This document shows positions 36,501-46,079 of a stretch of DNA of 64,000 bases, piece by piece. The DNA lies in assembly GCF_036373705.1 (NCBI RefSeq), contig NC_089855.1, positions 18,085,962 through 18,149,961 of the forward strand, written 5' to 3'. The notes below the pieces were generated by a model. The model was not told where the DNA came from and made no database searches. It saw nothing but the letters and a program-made list of their open reading frames with translations. Source of the stretch: Amia ocellicauda. Lineage: Eukaryota. Each line of letters starts with the position of its first letter. Position 1 is the stretch's first letter. A program made the translations under genes and the position numbers.

Positions 36501-39500
36501 AATGCTCTGCAATGGCCAAGTCAATCACCTGACCTGAATCCAATTGAGCAGCATTTCACTTGCTGAAGGCAAAACTGAAGGCAAAACATTACTAGTTCCA
36601 AGAACAAGCAGGAACTAAAGACAGCTGCAGTACAGACCTGGCAGAGCATCACCAGGGAAGAAACCCAGCATCTGGTGATGTCTATGGGTTCCAGACTTCA
36701 GGCAGTCATTGACTGCAAAGGATTTGCAACCAAGTATTGAAACTCACAATTTAATTGATGATTATGTTAGTTTGTCCAGTTAAGTTACCTTTTAGGCCCT
36801 AAAATTGGGAGGACCACATATAAAAATTGGTGTAATTCCTACACCAATGGATGTAACTGCCCTCAAATTAAAGAGAAAATGTTCCTTTCAAATCCATTGT
36901 GGTGGCGTACAGAGCCAAAATGATGATAATTGTGTCACTGTCCAAATATTTATGGACCTAACTGTATTTGAATGCTTAAACATTTTGTTGATGTTTATTT
37001 ATAGGTTTTTGTGGTGGATCAACATTATTTATGATTGTCAAAGGCATTTATTTTTTGCAATCTAATATGTATTATGTATTACAGACTTTAAGGAATTGTT
37101 CCCCTGCTCAGAATACTCTACGTCTGTCTTTGAAAGTGCCAAGAACTTTATTATGGTAAGTATTGGACAACAGGATCAATCTGCTTTAAATTATATAGTG
37201 TCCTTAATGTATTTCTGACATGACTAGTCAATCACTGTTAACGGTGAATTGTATATAGTTTTACTTAACAGTGGGTTCTGCAAACTTGAAATGATCCCAA
37301 GTCCAAATAATCAATTGATTAATTTAATCAAATCTATGTGACTATAAAAACTATATGATATTTAATACATAATCAACCATAGTTTTATTCTGATATCAGA
37401 AGACCGTTTCATATTACACATTGGTTTTCTCACACCCAGTTGGTCATTCATTCTGCTCTTCTCACAGTCTGCACCACCAATGAAGGGCAGCACTGATCTA
37501 TGGAGGCCTCTGCGCAGTTTAAGCCTCCTAGCTCCATCTAAAGGCACCAGAAATCTCCTCCTGATTTCAGACGGCCATGTCCAGAACGAAGGCCTCACGC
37601 TGCGGCTCGCCCAGGAGAATGTTCAGCACACGAGGATCTTCACCTGTGGAGTCGGGTGAGTGTTCCTTCCCAGCTATGACTGGATCTTCCCAAGAGCACG
37701 TAGGAGGAGTTCAAGGTTTGGGGAATAGCTGGAGACTGTATACCCCGTTTTGCTTGGGCAGATCAAAATCAGGGCCAAGGGAAGCCCGTTTGTGCAATCG
37801 TTCTTGTGGTTTTCTTCTTTAACTTGGCAGCTCATCAGTCTGGTTACGTTAGTGAAAAGGTCTAATTTGGGGTACAGAGGTACAGAGATTTTCACCTGAT
37901 GCTGCAGATTTTTAAATTGGTCTTGAGTTCAGTAGCTTGATTCTGGTGTTCAGCTGATTGCCATTTTAAATATGTCTCTGTGTGATGCTCGTTTCTAATG
38001 GTCATATCTCTGTCTTTAGTTCCACAGCCAATCGACATATGTTAAGATCCCTGGCTCAGTCAGGAGGAGGTGCTTATGAGTTTTTTGACACAAAGATGAA
38101 ACACACTTGGGAAGAGAAGGTGAGGCTGTACAGGAGAGTTAAGTCCTGGGGGTTTGACGATTTAATTTAAAAGATGGATACAAATGCATTGAAAGTTGTA
38201 GTTTTCATTTGCAGCTCTTGTGACTGCTCTGACCTTATCCGCACGTTAACTGTAGATTGGGGCTGTAGGTGTGTACTGAGGCCCTGTGCTGTGAGCGCTT
38301 CTCTGCCTGTCCTGCCAGGTGCAGTCCCAGGTGCGACGGATGGCGTCCCCTGGCTGCAGCGCAGTGTCGGTGAAGTGGCAGCAGTTCCACCCTTCTGCCC
38401 CCCCACCCATCCAGGCCCCCTCACAGCTGCACTCACTCTTCAATGACTGCCGCCAGCTCGTGTATGGGTTTGTACCTCATTGCACCATGGTACGTTTTGG
38501 TTCCTTCCTCCACACAGCTGGGTTTGTCATGTTTTTTGTTGTATGAGGAAATCTGGCTTTTTTGTTTTGTTGTAAGTGTTTTTTTTTTTTGCTCTCCCTA
38601 AAGGCCACTCTGTTGGGCAAAGTGAGTGATCAGGAGATAGAAACGATGGTTTCCACCTCAGAGCTCCAGAAGACTAAAGGAACGGTAAGGCGGTCAACAG
38701 ATTTTTTTCAATATACAATCTGTGAAAAAAAATTAACTAATATAAAGATATTCAAATCTCTGTGAGAGTAACTGCAATGTTGTTGCTGCTGTTCTGAATC
38801 AAGACGTCAGTTAAGTCCATACGTTTTCTCAAATTGATGGCCTCTTTTTCCCCTCTGCAGGATTGTGAGTCTAGCTCCAGCCCATATGCTGTGCTTTGTA
38901 GACTGTCTTCACTTATGTATTGATGTATTGGTTTATATTATTGTTACCCAGTTGCTTCACAAGCTCACTGCCAGAGCTGTCATCCGAGATTATGAAGACG
39001 GAAGCCTCCACATGGATGAAACGGAGCATGAGGTGAATCTAATAAAATCTAATTGTTAGGGGATGGAGAGCTTACTGCATTTTTCACATTCTCTCTTTTT
39101 CTTTTCTTCATAAATATGTTTTGCAATAAGTAATCTGGTCTTCTCTGCTAATTTTGGTTGTTGTTTGTTTTAGGTGAAGAAATCCGAACTGAAGTCCTAC
39201 ATTGTCAGTCTGAGCAAGGAGTTTTCCATTGTGACACAGTACACAAGCTTCGTAGCCATCGAAGAAAGGGTAGGCATTAAGAAAGGTGTTTTAATGTCTA
39301 GGTTTATAAAATTATAGAGCTAGGTTCATGTTCAGTCAGGTATTCCTCTCATCTATTGTTTCTAATTGCTGAATCCAGCCCCCTTGAACCCCAAAACACA
39401 AACACAAACACACACACACACACACATACATGCACACTAACAAACATACGTGCACAAACACACGCACACATGAACACATAGATATACAAAAGGTAACATT

Positions 39501-41829
39501 CTCTTTTTCTCCCTATCTGGCTTTATTCATCACACATCAGCATGACATTGTCATGGTGGACATAGGACCTCCAGCTGTTTTTGGGAATAATTTTCTCTCC
39601 TTTACTATTTTCAGGCTGAAACGATCCATGAATTTCAAGTCACGGACGTAGAGAATCTGATGGCAAAGGAGGACGTTGATTTACTTCCTTATTTAGACTG
39701 GGACAGAGAGGAGGGGTCTGAGTCAGACATGATAGAGTACCCACTTCTATTACAAAAGATTAACAGAATGCAGATGATCAGTAAAGTTAGTATCCATGTA
39801 AATTAAACTATATTCATTCTTCTTACCATTGATAATTTGATTTGTAATCTTATGCTAAATTAACTGGGTACAGTATCCATCTTTCTCATACATGTACTGG
39901 GAACATAATACCCAAAGTGCTGGCTTTATAGCTTTTCAGATATATGCATATATGTTGTATACTCTTGGTTCATGTTGCTACTTGGAAGATCCCACACAGT
40001 TGAAATGCAGTATCTTTATCATGTTTTGTTGAGCGGGAAATATGTAAATAGTAGTGTATGAAAAAACATGTATTTTACAAGCATGTAACAAATGTCGTTT
40101 CTCGTTTCTAGGGATGCAATAGGGGCATCAACTCATATTCCGTAGACATGGCAGTGCCCCACATATCAAGAGCTACCAGTTCTGACCAACTGCCCTCACA
40201 TGGGAAGCCAAAGTTCAGTAGGTGTGACAGAGCTGCAGATGTCTCTTACTTACGCTTACACTCTGGGGTACCTCAACTTGGAGGGTTACCAACTTCCTCA
40301 GGGGGAAAGTTCCCCGCAGGCTCTGACCCACAGGAGAGTCATCCTCCTGCCTCAGTGCTATCCGTGGAGGAAGAATCCGATAGCCTTCAATCCGGTCTTG
40401 CAAGGTCACAAGGCATGTGGTTCTCGCAGACAGCTCCCATCCTCCCTGTGTATGGAGTGCCCCAATTATCCAAAAAAATTCTTCAACGAAGTGTATTTGG
40501 AGGTTTATCAGCACAGTCTAAAAACGTTATCACGAGTCCCCAGGGATTTTCTGCAAAAGCACAATCTTCAAATCTGTTTGGGGGTACAAATGAAGCAGTC
40601 TGTGGGGGTTTAACCCCCTCTCCTCCTCTTCCTTGCCTTCCTCCTTATACTCCTCCTCCTCCTCCTCCTCAACCCGCTGCCGAAATCAGCAGTTCAGAGT
40701 ACCGGGTATTCTGGCAGGAGGCCTGTAAAATGTCCGAGCAGAGACCCTGCAGCAGACCACTTCCTGATTCAGGCATTATCGTACCAAACATGGGTTATGC
40801 ATTATTGAAGAATGGAAGTATGAAGACTAAAAAAGTGCATCTTGGAAGGTGAGTTAATAATATAATTTTTCCCCTAGAAATCCATGATAACTTCTAGTAA
40901 GCAGTGAGATTGGGTGTGTGAATTCCCCTTTTCAATATGTCTGTATATCTGCTTTCTGATTATTTTTCCCCCTTTAATACTTCACACATAAATAATTATT
41001 GAATTTAATATACATATGCACACAGACACCTCCTCCAAATACATTTCATATTTCCTTTATATATAAGAGAAATTGTATTTAAAGCAACATGGGTCTATAC
41101 CATTACATACAGAAGCCATTCACCCCACTGTGAGAACAAGCAGGATTCAGAAGTGGATATAACACAATGGATCATATACAAGTTGTCCGATAAATACTGG
41201 ACAGATGCAGAGAATATGAGCTTCCTCTGTACCTGTGATTTGTTGACAATGAGAAGGAAAGGAGTCCGTCAAGTTGACACAAACTCTTCATGGCAGCTCT
41301 TGAATAAGTTCAAGACTTTGGACCTGAGTATAACCAAAATCATGTTTAAACGGCTTTGTTAAATCTAAGAAAACTGAAATAGATCAACAGTCAAAAGTTA
41401 TGTCTACCTTGGACAAGAATATTATGGAAGAAATCAAAAAAAGAGTGAAAATGAGGATAAATAAATCAAATTTTCTTCCAAATATGAACTTGAATCCCAG
41501 TATTGTCACTTTTGACAACTTGATTCATCGAGACATTATTCATTGATTAAGAAAAAAAAATCAGCATTCTGTTGTCTCCCGAAAATACATAAAGATCCAA
41601 TTAAACCCTGTATCTTGCTATCTAAACTCAAAATCCACTGATGCTGTCCCACTGTCTCAGCTTATTGTAGACTTTTTGGAGTTGTTTAACTTCTATTTTT
41701 TGATTAAAACAGACAAAGGGCACTGCTGTGGACGTCAACAGTGATTTACAATTTAAGTGTGAGCCTGATCACCCGGCATTTTAAGTCCATTGTTAACAAT
41801 GTTGTAGCGCCAGCAATTGTATAACTCAA

Positions 41830-41899
<70 letters not shown>

Positions 41900-43354
41900 T
41901 TGATTAAATGCCTTGTTTGCAGTGTGAAAATTAAGAACATAAGAAAATTTACAAATGAGAGGAGGCCATTTGACCCATCGTGCTTGTTTGGTGTCCATTA
42001 ATAACTAAGTGATCCAAGGATCCTATCCAGTCTGATTTTAAATGTTCCCAAATTTCCGCTTCAACCACATTGCTGGGGAGTTTGTTCAGATTGTGACAAC
42101 TCTCTGTGTAAAGAAGTGTCTCCTGTTTTCCATTTTGAATGCCTTGAAGCCCAATTTCCATTTGTGTCCCTGCAGATCTAGAAAAGGTTCACTGAATTGA
42201 TAACTTGTGGATGCGTATATTCTTTTCAGAAAGTTGAAGTTTTCAGCACATTTGAAATCTTTGGCAGCAGATGTGCTTGTGATACCCTGGGCCAAGCTGT
42301 TTTCTCTGCAGCACGAGGTAGGCTGTCTTAACTTAATGACAATGCCACAAAACTAGTAGTATTTTTTTTTTTATTATTATGTACTTTTACTGTTCCTGTT
42401 GCAAAGTAAAGAGTGGCCTGTAATAAGATGCATGTCTTATATTGAAAGCTATATTTCCTTCCTGGTGTAGGACGGTTACTGGGAGTGCACTGCAGAACTC
42501 GGGTCAATACTAGACATAGATGTGGATTATTTTGCCAATGTCTTCCTGAAAGAAAAGGGAATCCTCTCTCTAGGTAATTATCCTAATGTTCGATGATGCT
42601 CACACTGAGCATTTTTGCTGTGGTTTATCATTGTCAGAATGGTTCTCTCTAGTCTGGTTTCCTAAAGGAGGTGGGCACATCGTTGGCAGGCTCTGTGTAA
42701 ATGTGTTTTTCTCTTCAAAGGAATGAAGGCTCGAGAGACAATCCTGAAACTGATTGCTACCCTGCTGGTTCTCCAGCTTATCCGCTCCAAGGAAGAGGTT
42801 GAAGGAGTGCGGCTCAAGACACTCTTTAAGCTGGAGGAGATCCCGCCACAGGAAAAGTATGTTGTGTTGCGTCAGATCTTGGCTCTCTCTGTCACTCTCA
42901 AAGGCTTAGCCAGCAGTGCAAAACAACAAGGACACTTTTAAAAGAAACAAGCCTGGATACATAAACAACCAGACACATTTCTTCACATCCCATAAACTCC
43001 CATCTTCTACACAAATGGTAACATGTAATCATCTCACCATGAGCCTTACTGCGGGAGATGATTTATGATGTCGTAGGGTATACTGTTACAACAAACCCTA
43101 AAGAGTGCCACACGTCCACCCTCCTGTGTTCTTCCTACAGGTCAGAGCGCTGGGATGATGTGAAGATGGCGGTGGAGTGGGTCAAGGCCGCAGACAGACA
43201 GTACCCCTGTATCTACAGCCGGCTGGAGTTGGGTTGGGACTGGGAGTCAGTCACGCGCCAGCTGCTGCGCATCGACCCACCACAGGCCCACTCTCTCCTG
43301 AGGCCCGCATGTCTACCCTCCCTGAGCCTCAGGAATCCTGTCTTATTACAGTGA
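24386..43354 (+). CDS. parp4: Poly(ADP-ribose) polymerase 4 (vault PARP). A complete CDS of about 34 coding exons. The BRCT, PARP catalytic, VIT, vWA and C-terminal MVP-interacting regions are all recognisable.
   Basis: Exon-by-exon similarity to human PARP4: MPVFENC..EVKDLP; [14 protein letters not shown]; [11 protein letters not shown]; KYRALRC.IEHV; LGNVRPLLH; [18 protein letters not shown]; [15 protein letters not shown]; [13 protein letters not shown]; [31 protein letters not shown]; [12 protein letters not shown]; PRMWVEKHP; LLISDGH; STANRH; SVKWQQ; VIRDYEDG; [11 protein letters not shown]; [16 protein letters not shown]. Confidence 0.9.
25048..25243 (+). CDS. parp4: parp4 exon (BRCT: [50 protein letters not shown]…)
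   Basis: Acceptor gtccttgcacag|TGC, donor CACTGGG|gtactg. Phase-consistent with the next exon. Confidence 0.75.
25511..25619 (+). CDS. parp4: parp4 exon ([35 protein letters not shown])
   Basis: Acceptor gcttggggcag|GAC, donor GTTCAG|gtgtgg. The phase links 25243 to 25941. Confidence 0.65.
25941..26019 (+). CDS. parp4: parp4 exon ([26 protein letters not shown])
   Basis: Acceptor cctgttttag|G, donor AAGAAA|gtaagc. It matches human LPQDFEVAKYNTLEK. Confidence 0.8.
26527..26622 (+). CDS. parp4: parp4 exon ([32 protein letters not shown])
   Basis: Acceptor tgtgtctctcag|GCT, donor CGGTCAG|gtcaga. It matches human QEAVVVELQCS…. Confidence 0.7.
27033..27191 (+). CDS. parp4: parp4 exon ([53 protein letters not shown])
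   Basis: Acceptor tttcaatcacag|GCA, donor GGAGAG|gtaaga. Confidence 0.85.
27724..27861 (+). CDS. parp4: parp4 exon ([46 protein letters not shown])
   Basis: Acceptor tctgtcatcacag|CTG, donor AATGAT|gtaagc. It is near-identical in pattern to human LLLEEVMNSSTLSQEVSDLVEMIWAEALG. Confidence 0.85.
28340..28513 (+). CDS. parp4: parp4 exon ([58 protein letters not shown])
   Basis: Acceptor ggctgtgcag|GTG, donor CTGCCAG|gtagac. Confidence 0.85.
28812..28952 (+). CDS. parp4: parp4 exon ([47 protein letters not shown])
   Basis: Acceptor tcctctgttag|CTA, donor GAACTG|gtaaaa. Confidence 0.85.
29183..29373 (+). CDS. parp4: parp4 exon ([63 protein letters not shown])
   Basis: Acceptor gtttgtactgag|TCT, donor GTCCAG|gtgggt. 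Confidence 0.75.
29611..29709 (+). CDS. parp4: parp4 exon, PARP catalytic ([33 protein letters not shown])
   Basis: Acceptor atttttacag|G, donor CATGAG|gtcagc. Confidence 0.85.
30162..30345 (+). CDS. parp4: parp4 exon, PARP catalytic ([61 protein letters not shown])
   Basis: Acceptor ttttgcaacag|G, donor TTCCAG|gtctgt. Confidence 0.85.
30570..30717 (+). CDS. parp4: parp4 exon ([49 protein letters not shown])
   Basis: Acceptor ttttgttacag|GAT, donor GACTCAG|gtgagt. Confidence 0.85.
30827..30969 (+). CDS. parp4: parp4 exon, start of VIT domain (…[27 protein letters not shown])
   Basis: Acceptor gttttcgcag|TG, donor GCAGAG|gtaggg. Confidence 0.8.
31098..31229 (+). CDS. parp4: parp4 exon, VIT ([44 protein letters not shown])
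   Basis: Acceptor tacatttccag|ATC, donor GGAGAG|gtaaaa. Confidence 0.85.
31476..31562 (+). CDS. parp4: parp4 exon ([29 protein letters not shown])
   Basis: Acceptor tctcccctcag|GTG, donor GCACCT|gtaggt. Confidence 0.85.
31864..32028 (+). CDS. parp4: parp4 exon ([55 protein letters not shown])
   Basis: Acceptor ctgaatctacag|GAT, donor ACTCAG|gtctga. Confidence 0.85.
32401..32444 (+). CDS. parp4: parp4 small exon ([14 protein letters not shown])
   Basis: Acceptor ctgctctgtag|GAC, donor GAGAG|gtgggt. Confidence 0.7.
32877..32958 (+). CDS. parp4: parp4 exon ([27 protein letters not shown])
   Basis: Acceptor tataatccacag|G, donor ATGAAG|gtaatt. Confidence 0.8.
33201..33338 (+). CDS. parp4: parp4 exon ([46 protein letters not shown])
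   Basis: Acceptor ggatttccag|AGA, donor AGTCAG|gtaatc. Confidence 0.85.
33558..33741 (+). CDS. parp4: parp4 exon, vWA domain start ([10 protein letters not shown]…[41 protein letters not shown])
   Basis: Acceptor ctgtctgcag|GCG, donor GGCACAG|gtgggt. Confidence 0.85.
33963..36964 (+). mobile_element. Tc1-like DNA transposon D (host element, about 1.43 kb of its own sequence) in a parp4 intron. It is split by the nested element E. The flanking TA target duplication is visible.
   Basis: Ends TACAGTTAGGTCCATATATATTTGGACAGTGACACAATTG… at 33961 and …TGGACCTAACTGTA at 36966. Transposase fragments lie on the plus strand (34491-34909 N-terminal; 36470-36740 …QSPDLNPIE…KGFATKY). Confidence 0.8.
34887..36456 (-). 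mobile_element. Tc1-like DNA transposon E (classic fish Tc1 family; transposase [53 protein letters not shown]…). It is nested inside element D. The transposase is frameshifted. TA target-site duplication is present.
   Basis: TIRs (TA)CAGTGAGGGAAAAAAGTATTTGATCCCCTGCTGATTTTGTAC lie at both ends (34887… and …36456). Minus-strand ORF pieces are 35704-36099, 35408-35662 and 35085-35459. Confidence 0.85.
37085..37155 (+). CDS. parp4: parp4 exon ([24 protein letters not shown])
   Basis: Acceptor atgtattacag|AC, donor TTATG|gtaagt. Confidence 0.8.
37468..37655 (+). CDS. parp4: parp4 exon, vWA ([62 protein letters not shown])
   Basis: Acceptor ctcttctcacag|TCT, donor GTCGG|gtgagt. Confidence 0.85.
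38019..38118 (+). CDS. parp4: parp4 exon ([34 protein letters not shown])
   Basis: Acceptor ctgtctttag|T, donor GAGAAG|gtgagg. Confidence 0.85.
38319..38489 (+). CDS. parp4: parp4 exon ([57 protein letters not shown])
   Basis: Acceptor gtcctgccag|GTG, donor ACCATG|gtacgt. Confidence 0.85.
38604..38684 (+). CDS. parp4: parp4 exon ([27 protein letters not shown])
   Basis: Acceptor ctctccctaaag|GCC, donor GGAACG|gtaagg. Confidence 0.8.
38952..39032 (+). CDS. parp4: parp4 exon ([27 protein letters not shown])
   Basis: Acceptor attgttacccag|TTG, donor CATGAG|gtgaat. Confidence 0.8.
39174..39269 (+). CDS. parp4: parp4 exon ([32 protein letters not shown])
   Basis: Acceptor tgtttgttttag|GTG, donor GAAAGG|gtaggc. 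Confidence 0.8.
39395..39425. repeat. (CA)n microsatellite
   Basis: Read directly. Confidence 0.85.
39615..39797 (+). CDS. parp4: parp4 exon ([61 protein letters not shown])
   Basis: Acceptor ctattttcag|GCT. The donor ATCCAT|gtaaat was chosen because it is the only phase-compatible donor for the next exon. It matches human ELIAKEDVDFLPY. Confidence 0.65.
40112..40848 (+). CDS. parp4: parp4 large low-complexity exon ([26 protein letters not shown]… [47 protein letters not shown]… KKVHLG)
   Basis: Acceptor ctcgtttctag|GGA (stop immediately upstream in frame). The ORF 40148-40852 frame and the consensus donor GGAAG|gtgagt at 40849 support it. It corresponds to the proline/serine-rich region of human PARP4. 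Confidence 0.7.
41151..41327 (+). CDS. parp4: Probable parp4 exon (…[57 protein letters not shown]…). Its boundaries and phase are unresolved.
   Basis: ORF 41153-41362. Pattern similarity to human CFLQIKCDTKDDSIPCFLELKEEDEIVCTQHWQDAVPWTELLSL. The splice phases do not close with the neighbouring exons (see findings). Confidence 0.4.
41830..41895. repeat. (TA)n microsatellite
   Basis: Read directly. Confidence 0.9.
42471..42573 (+). CDS. parp4: parp4 exon, MVP-interaction region ([34 protein letters not shown])
   Basis: Acceptor cttcctggtgtag|GAC, donor CTCTAG|gtaatt. It matches human DGFWKLTPELGLILNLNTNGLHSFLKQKGIQSLG. Confidence 0.8.
42721..42856 (+). CDS. parp4: parp4 exon ([45 protein letters not shown])
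   Basis: Acceptor ttctcttcaaag|GA, donor GAAAA|gtatgt. It matches human GVKGRECLLDLIATMLVLQFIRTRLEKEG. Confidence 0.8.
43141..43354 (+). CDS. parp4: parp4 last coding exon ([71 protein letters not shown])
   Basis: Acceptor gttcttcctacag|G. Stop TGA lies at 43352-43354. It matches human …EGQYPSICPRLELGNDWDSATKQLL…. Confidence 0.85.
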
Positions 43355-44794
43355 AATCTACCCAGCTTGGCAACACAGTGCCAGCTCACATTTGGCATGT
43401 GGCAGTGGTGTCAAAACTATCTGTACTGCCCTAAAAGTCAAGTCGTATATATTATATCCATAAATGTTAACATATCATGCTTAAAAAGAAAAAAGCACAT
43501 AGTCTCTGTTGCTTAACATTACTCAAAGATCTCATTACTCATGTTTCATATTCGCCAAGGGAGATTCTCCTCCATGTGTACTGCAGGAGGTAGGTCATGG
43601 TCTACAGGTACAAAACCACATTGCACTTTTAAGGTCTTTAGGTCTTTCAAGAGCCTGAACTGTAAGTTAATTACTGTCATGACATTAAATTGAAGATATG
43701 TTACAACTGGAAGTGGACAGTGAATATGTCCACTGGTTGGCTTCAGTGTAATCACTGGTCCGAGTGTGAAGCTGGTGATGGGCTCTTGTGATTGACAATG
43801 CATGGCATCACCTTTTTATTATAATCATTGAAAAGACCGCTTGAGAACTTTTTGAAAGAATTAACTGCACAATTAATCAAAACTAAAATGTTTACCTCTC
43901 TTTTTAAATGGAAAATTAATGGGTTTTGCATTTGACATGATGATTTACCTGCTTTAATCTTTTTAAAATGTTTAGCTGTGTAGGTGCTATTATAACTTTT
44001 TAGACATTTTAGCTGAGCCTATATTGCCTTAAACCATAATGTATTGGCTGTTTTGAATTTCTAAAAGCTTTTTAATAAATCTTGTATGCCTAGTTATTGT
44101 TTTTTCTTTGAGTTTTTTTTTATTTAATTTAATTAAAAATATACTGTACTAAAATTAAAATAATTAACTTATAATAATAATAATAAAAACAACTTAGACT
44201 TCATGAGTTATGTTGAGCAAAGCTTAGCTTTAATATTCAGGTGTATTTCAGAGGAAGGGCCTTGTAGCCTTGCCATGTATAGCATATTTGGAAGAAATTG
44301 GGTGGTACTCGAAATTGTTAAATCCCTAAATTCAATCATTCAGTGTGTGCCCCCTAGTGGATATAAGGGGATGCGCAAAAACACAATTATCTCCGCAGTA
44401 AACAGTGACCTGGTTTTACATTTTGCTTTTATCAACTGTCACCACTAATAATTTTAGTGACGCAATCTATTGATCTGTAGAGTTTGATCATGCAGTGGTG
44501 CTTTTGGGCAGTACATATTCATGAGAAGCATACAAGAAAGCAAAAGGATTTTGCTGTACCTGTATTTAAATGTTAGTTTCGGTTAATGCTATCATTACAT
44601 TAACGACGTATGACTATAAATATGATTTAAATAGATTGAATGTATTTTTAATTGAAGACTATGTACTAACGAACACATGATCTTCACACTGGTGGCGGTA
44701 GGTGTTTTTTCTATAATAAATTAAATGTTTACAACAGAATAGCGATGGACAGAATACACCTAATGCTGCTGTGTTGTATGAGCCCCTAGTCAAA

Positions 44795-45900
44795 TAGGAT
44801 TTTATTTTCCCATTATAATCCTACAGGATTATGAGAATATATCACTGATACTATCAGAATCCTGTCAGACTTAATGGATATGTGAAGGATACTTTTAGAT
44901 CCTATTGGATTATTGTCAATCCTGGGAGATGTGTTTGATGTGTGCTGTGTAATGTCACAGGGACGCGGCACCAGTAACTGCCCTGTCAGTTCTCGCCTCA
45001 TTTCAACAGCTGGCGGTTGACTGGCCTGGCATCTCACCGGACTTCACTCGGCAAACGGGTAACTTACAGACAATGGCAGCACTACACATGTTTGTATAAA
45101 CCCTGCTGGCTTTTGTTCCAACCGGGCTCTTAATTCACCGGTATATTGCTTTGTTGTTTCAATTAAATGCATAAAAGCCGGAGGCACTGACGTGTGAAAA
45201 GGTCGAGGTTGGTGTGACCTGGCAGTAGGCGCTGTGTCTGTGGTAGCAGGTGATATGATCGCATTGGTCTGATTTACAGCTATTACGGATTCAATGAAGC
45301 CATTAAGGGCGGCGGGCAGGGACTCCAGTCTGATCCGCCGGTATAGCTGACACTGACGGATCTATTTTGTCAGCAGGCGTCGTGAGGTTGGTTTAACCCG
45401 AGCCTGCCGGCTTAATGGTAGCAGAGTTAGCTGACTTTTTACCTCAGCTGTTCTTGCTGCCAGACGCAACTGTAGCAAGTTATCGTGAACCGTTTCATTG
45501 CTGAAAATAACTTGCATGTTCGCTACAAACTAATCCTGAAACGTAATTGAAAGCCCTTGCGATTGAGTTTGGTGAGGCAAAGGTGAGGGCTGCACAAACC
45601 GCGAAGTAACAGTAAGACACGATGCACACGACCTATTAACTTGTTACAAATCACACGACAAAAATACCGTTACTTACAGTGAAAAAGGTTTATTTTCGTT
45701 AAATGTTACACCCTTCTCCCGTCGAATAGTTACACTATGTTGCATATTACTATATACATGTATGTCGTTTTCCAATGGGTTTTCTCCATAACTATCCTCT
45801 AAGAATTTCCAATAGAAATCCTATAGGATTGGTTCCAGATCATGATATAAATTCCAATAGGATTCTTATAAGATTGAAATCCTATACTAGGACAGGTTGT
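44795..45900. repeat. Unclassified structure. Two clusters of the palindromic motif ATCCT(N2-4)AGGAT (44795-44935 and 45815-45900) flank a CpG-rich ORF-less core. It could be a foldback or non-autonomous DNA element, or a regulatory block.
   Basis: Motifs read directly: caaatAGGATTtt, ATCCTacAGGATT, cagAATCCTgtc, agATCCTATTGGATtatt, caATCCTggg / gaaATCCTatAGGATTgg, ccaatAGGATTctt, gaaATCCTatac. Confidence 0.35.
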
Positions 45901-46079
45901 CTAGTTATATGAAACCGTAATAGAGTAGTGTAAATTAAATTCTGCCTCTGCCCTGGTCAGTGTCAGTGATAATATCTCGTACTTTGAAATGAGTAAATGA
46001 GTAAATGAGTGAACTCTTTCAAATTGGTCTTGATATGCACGCCACCCTAATGCAAGCCCATTCAAGACAGTGTGAGGTG

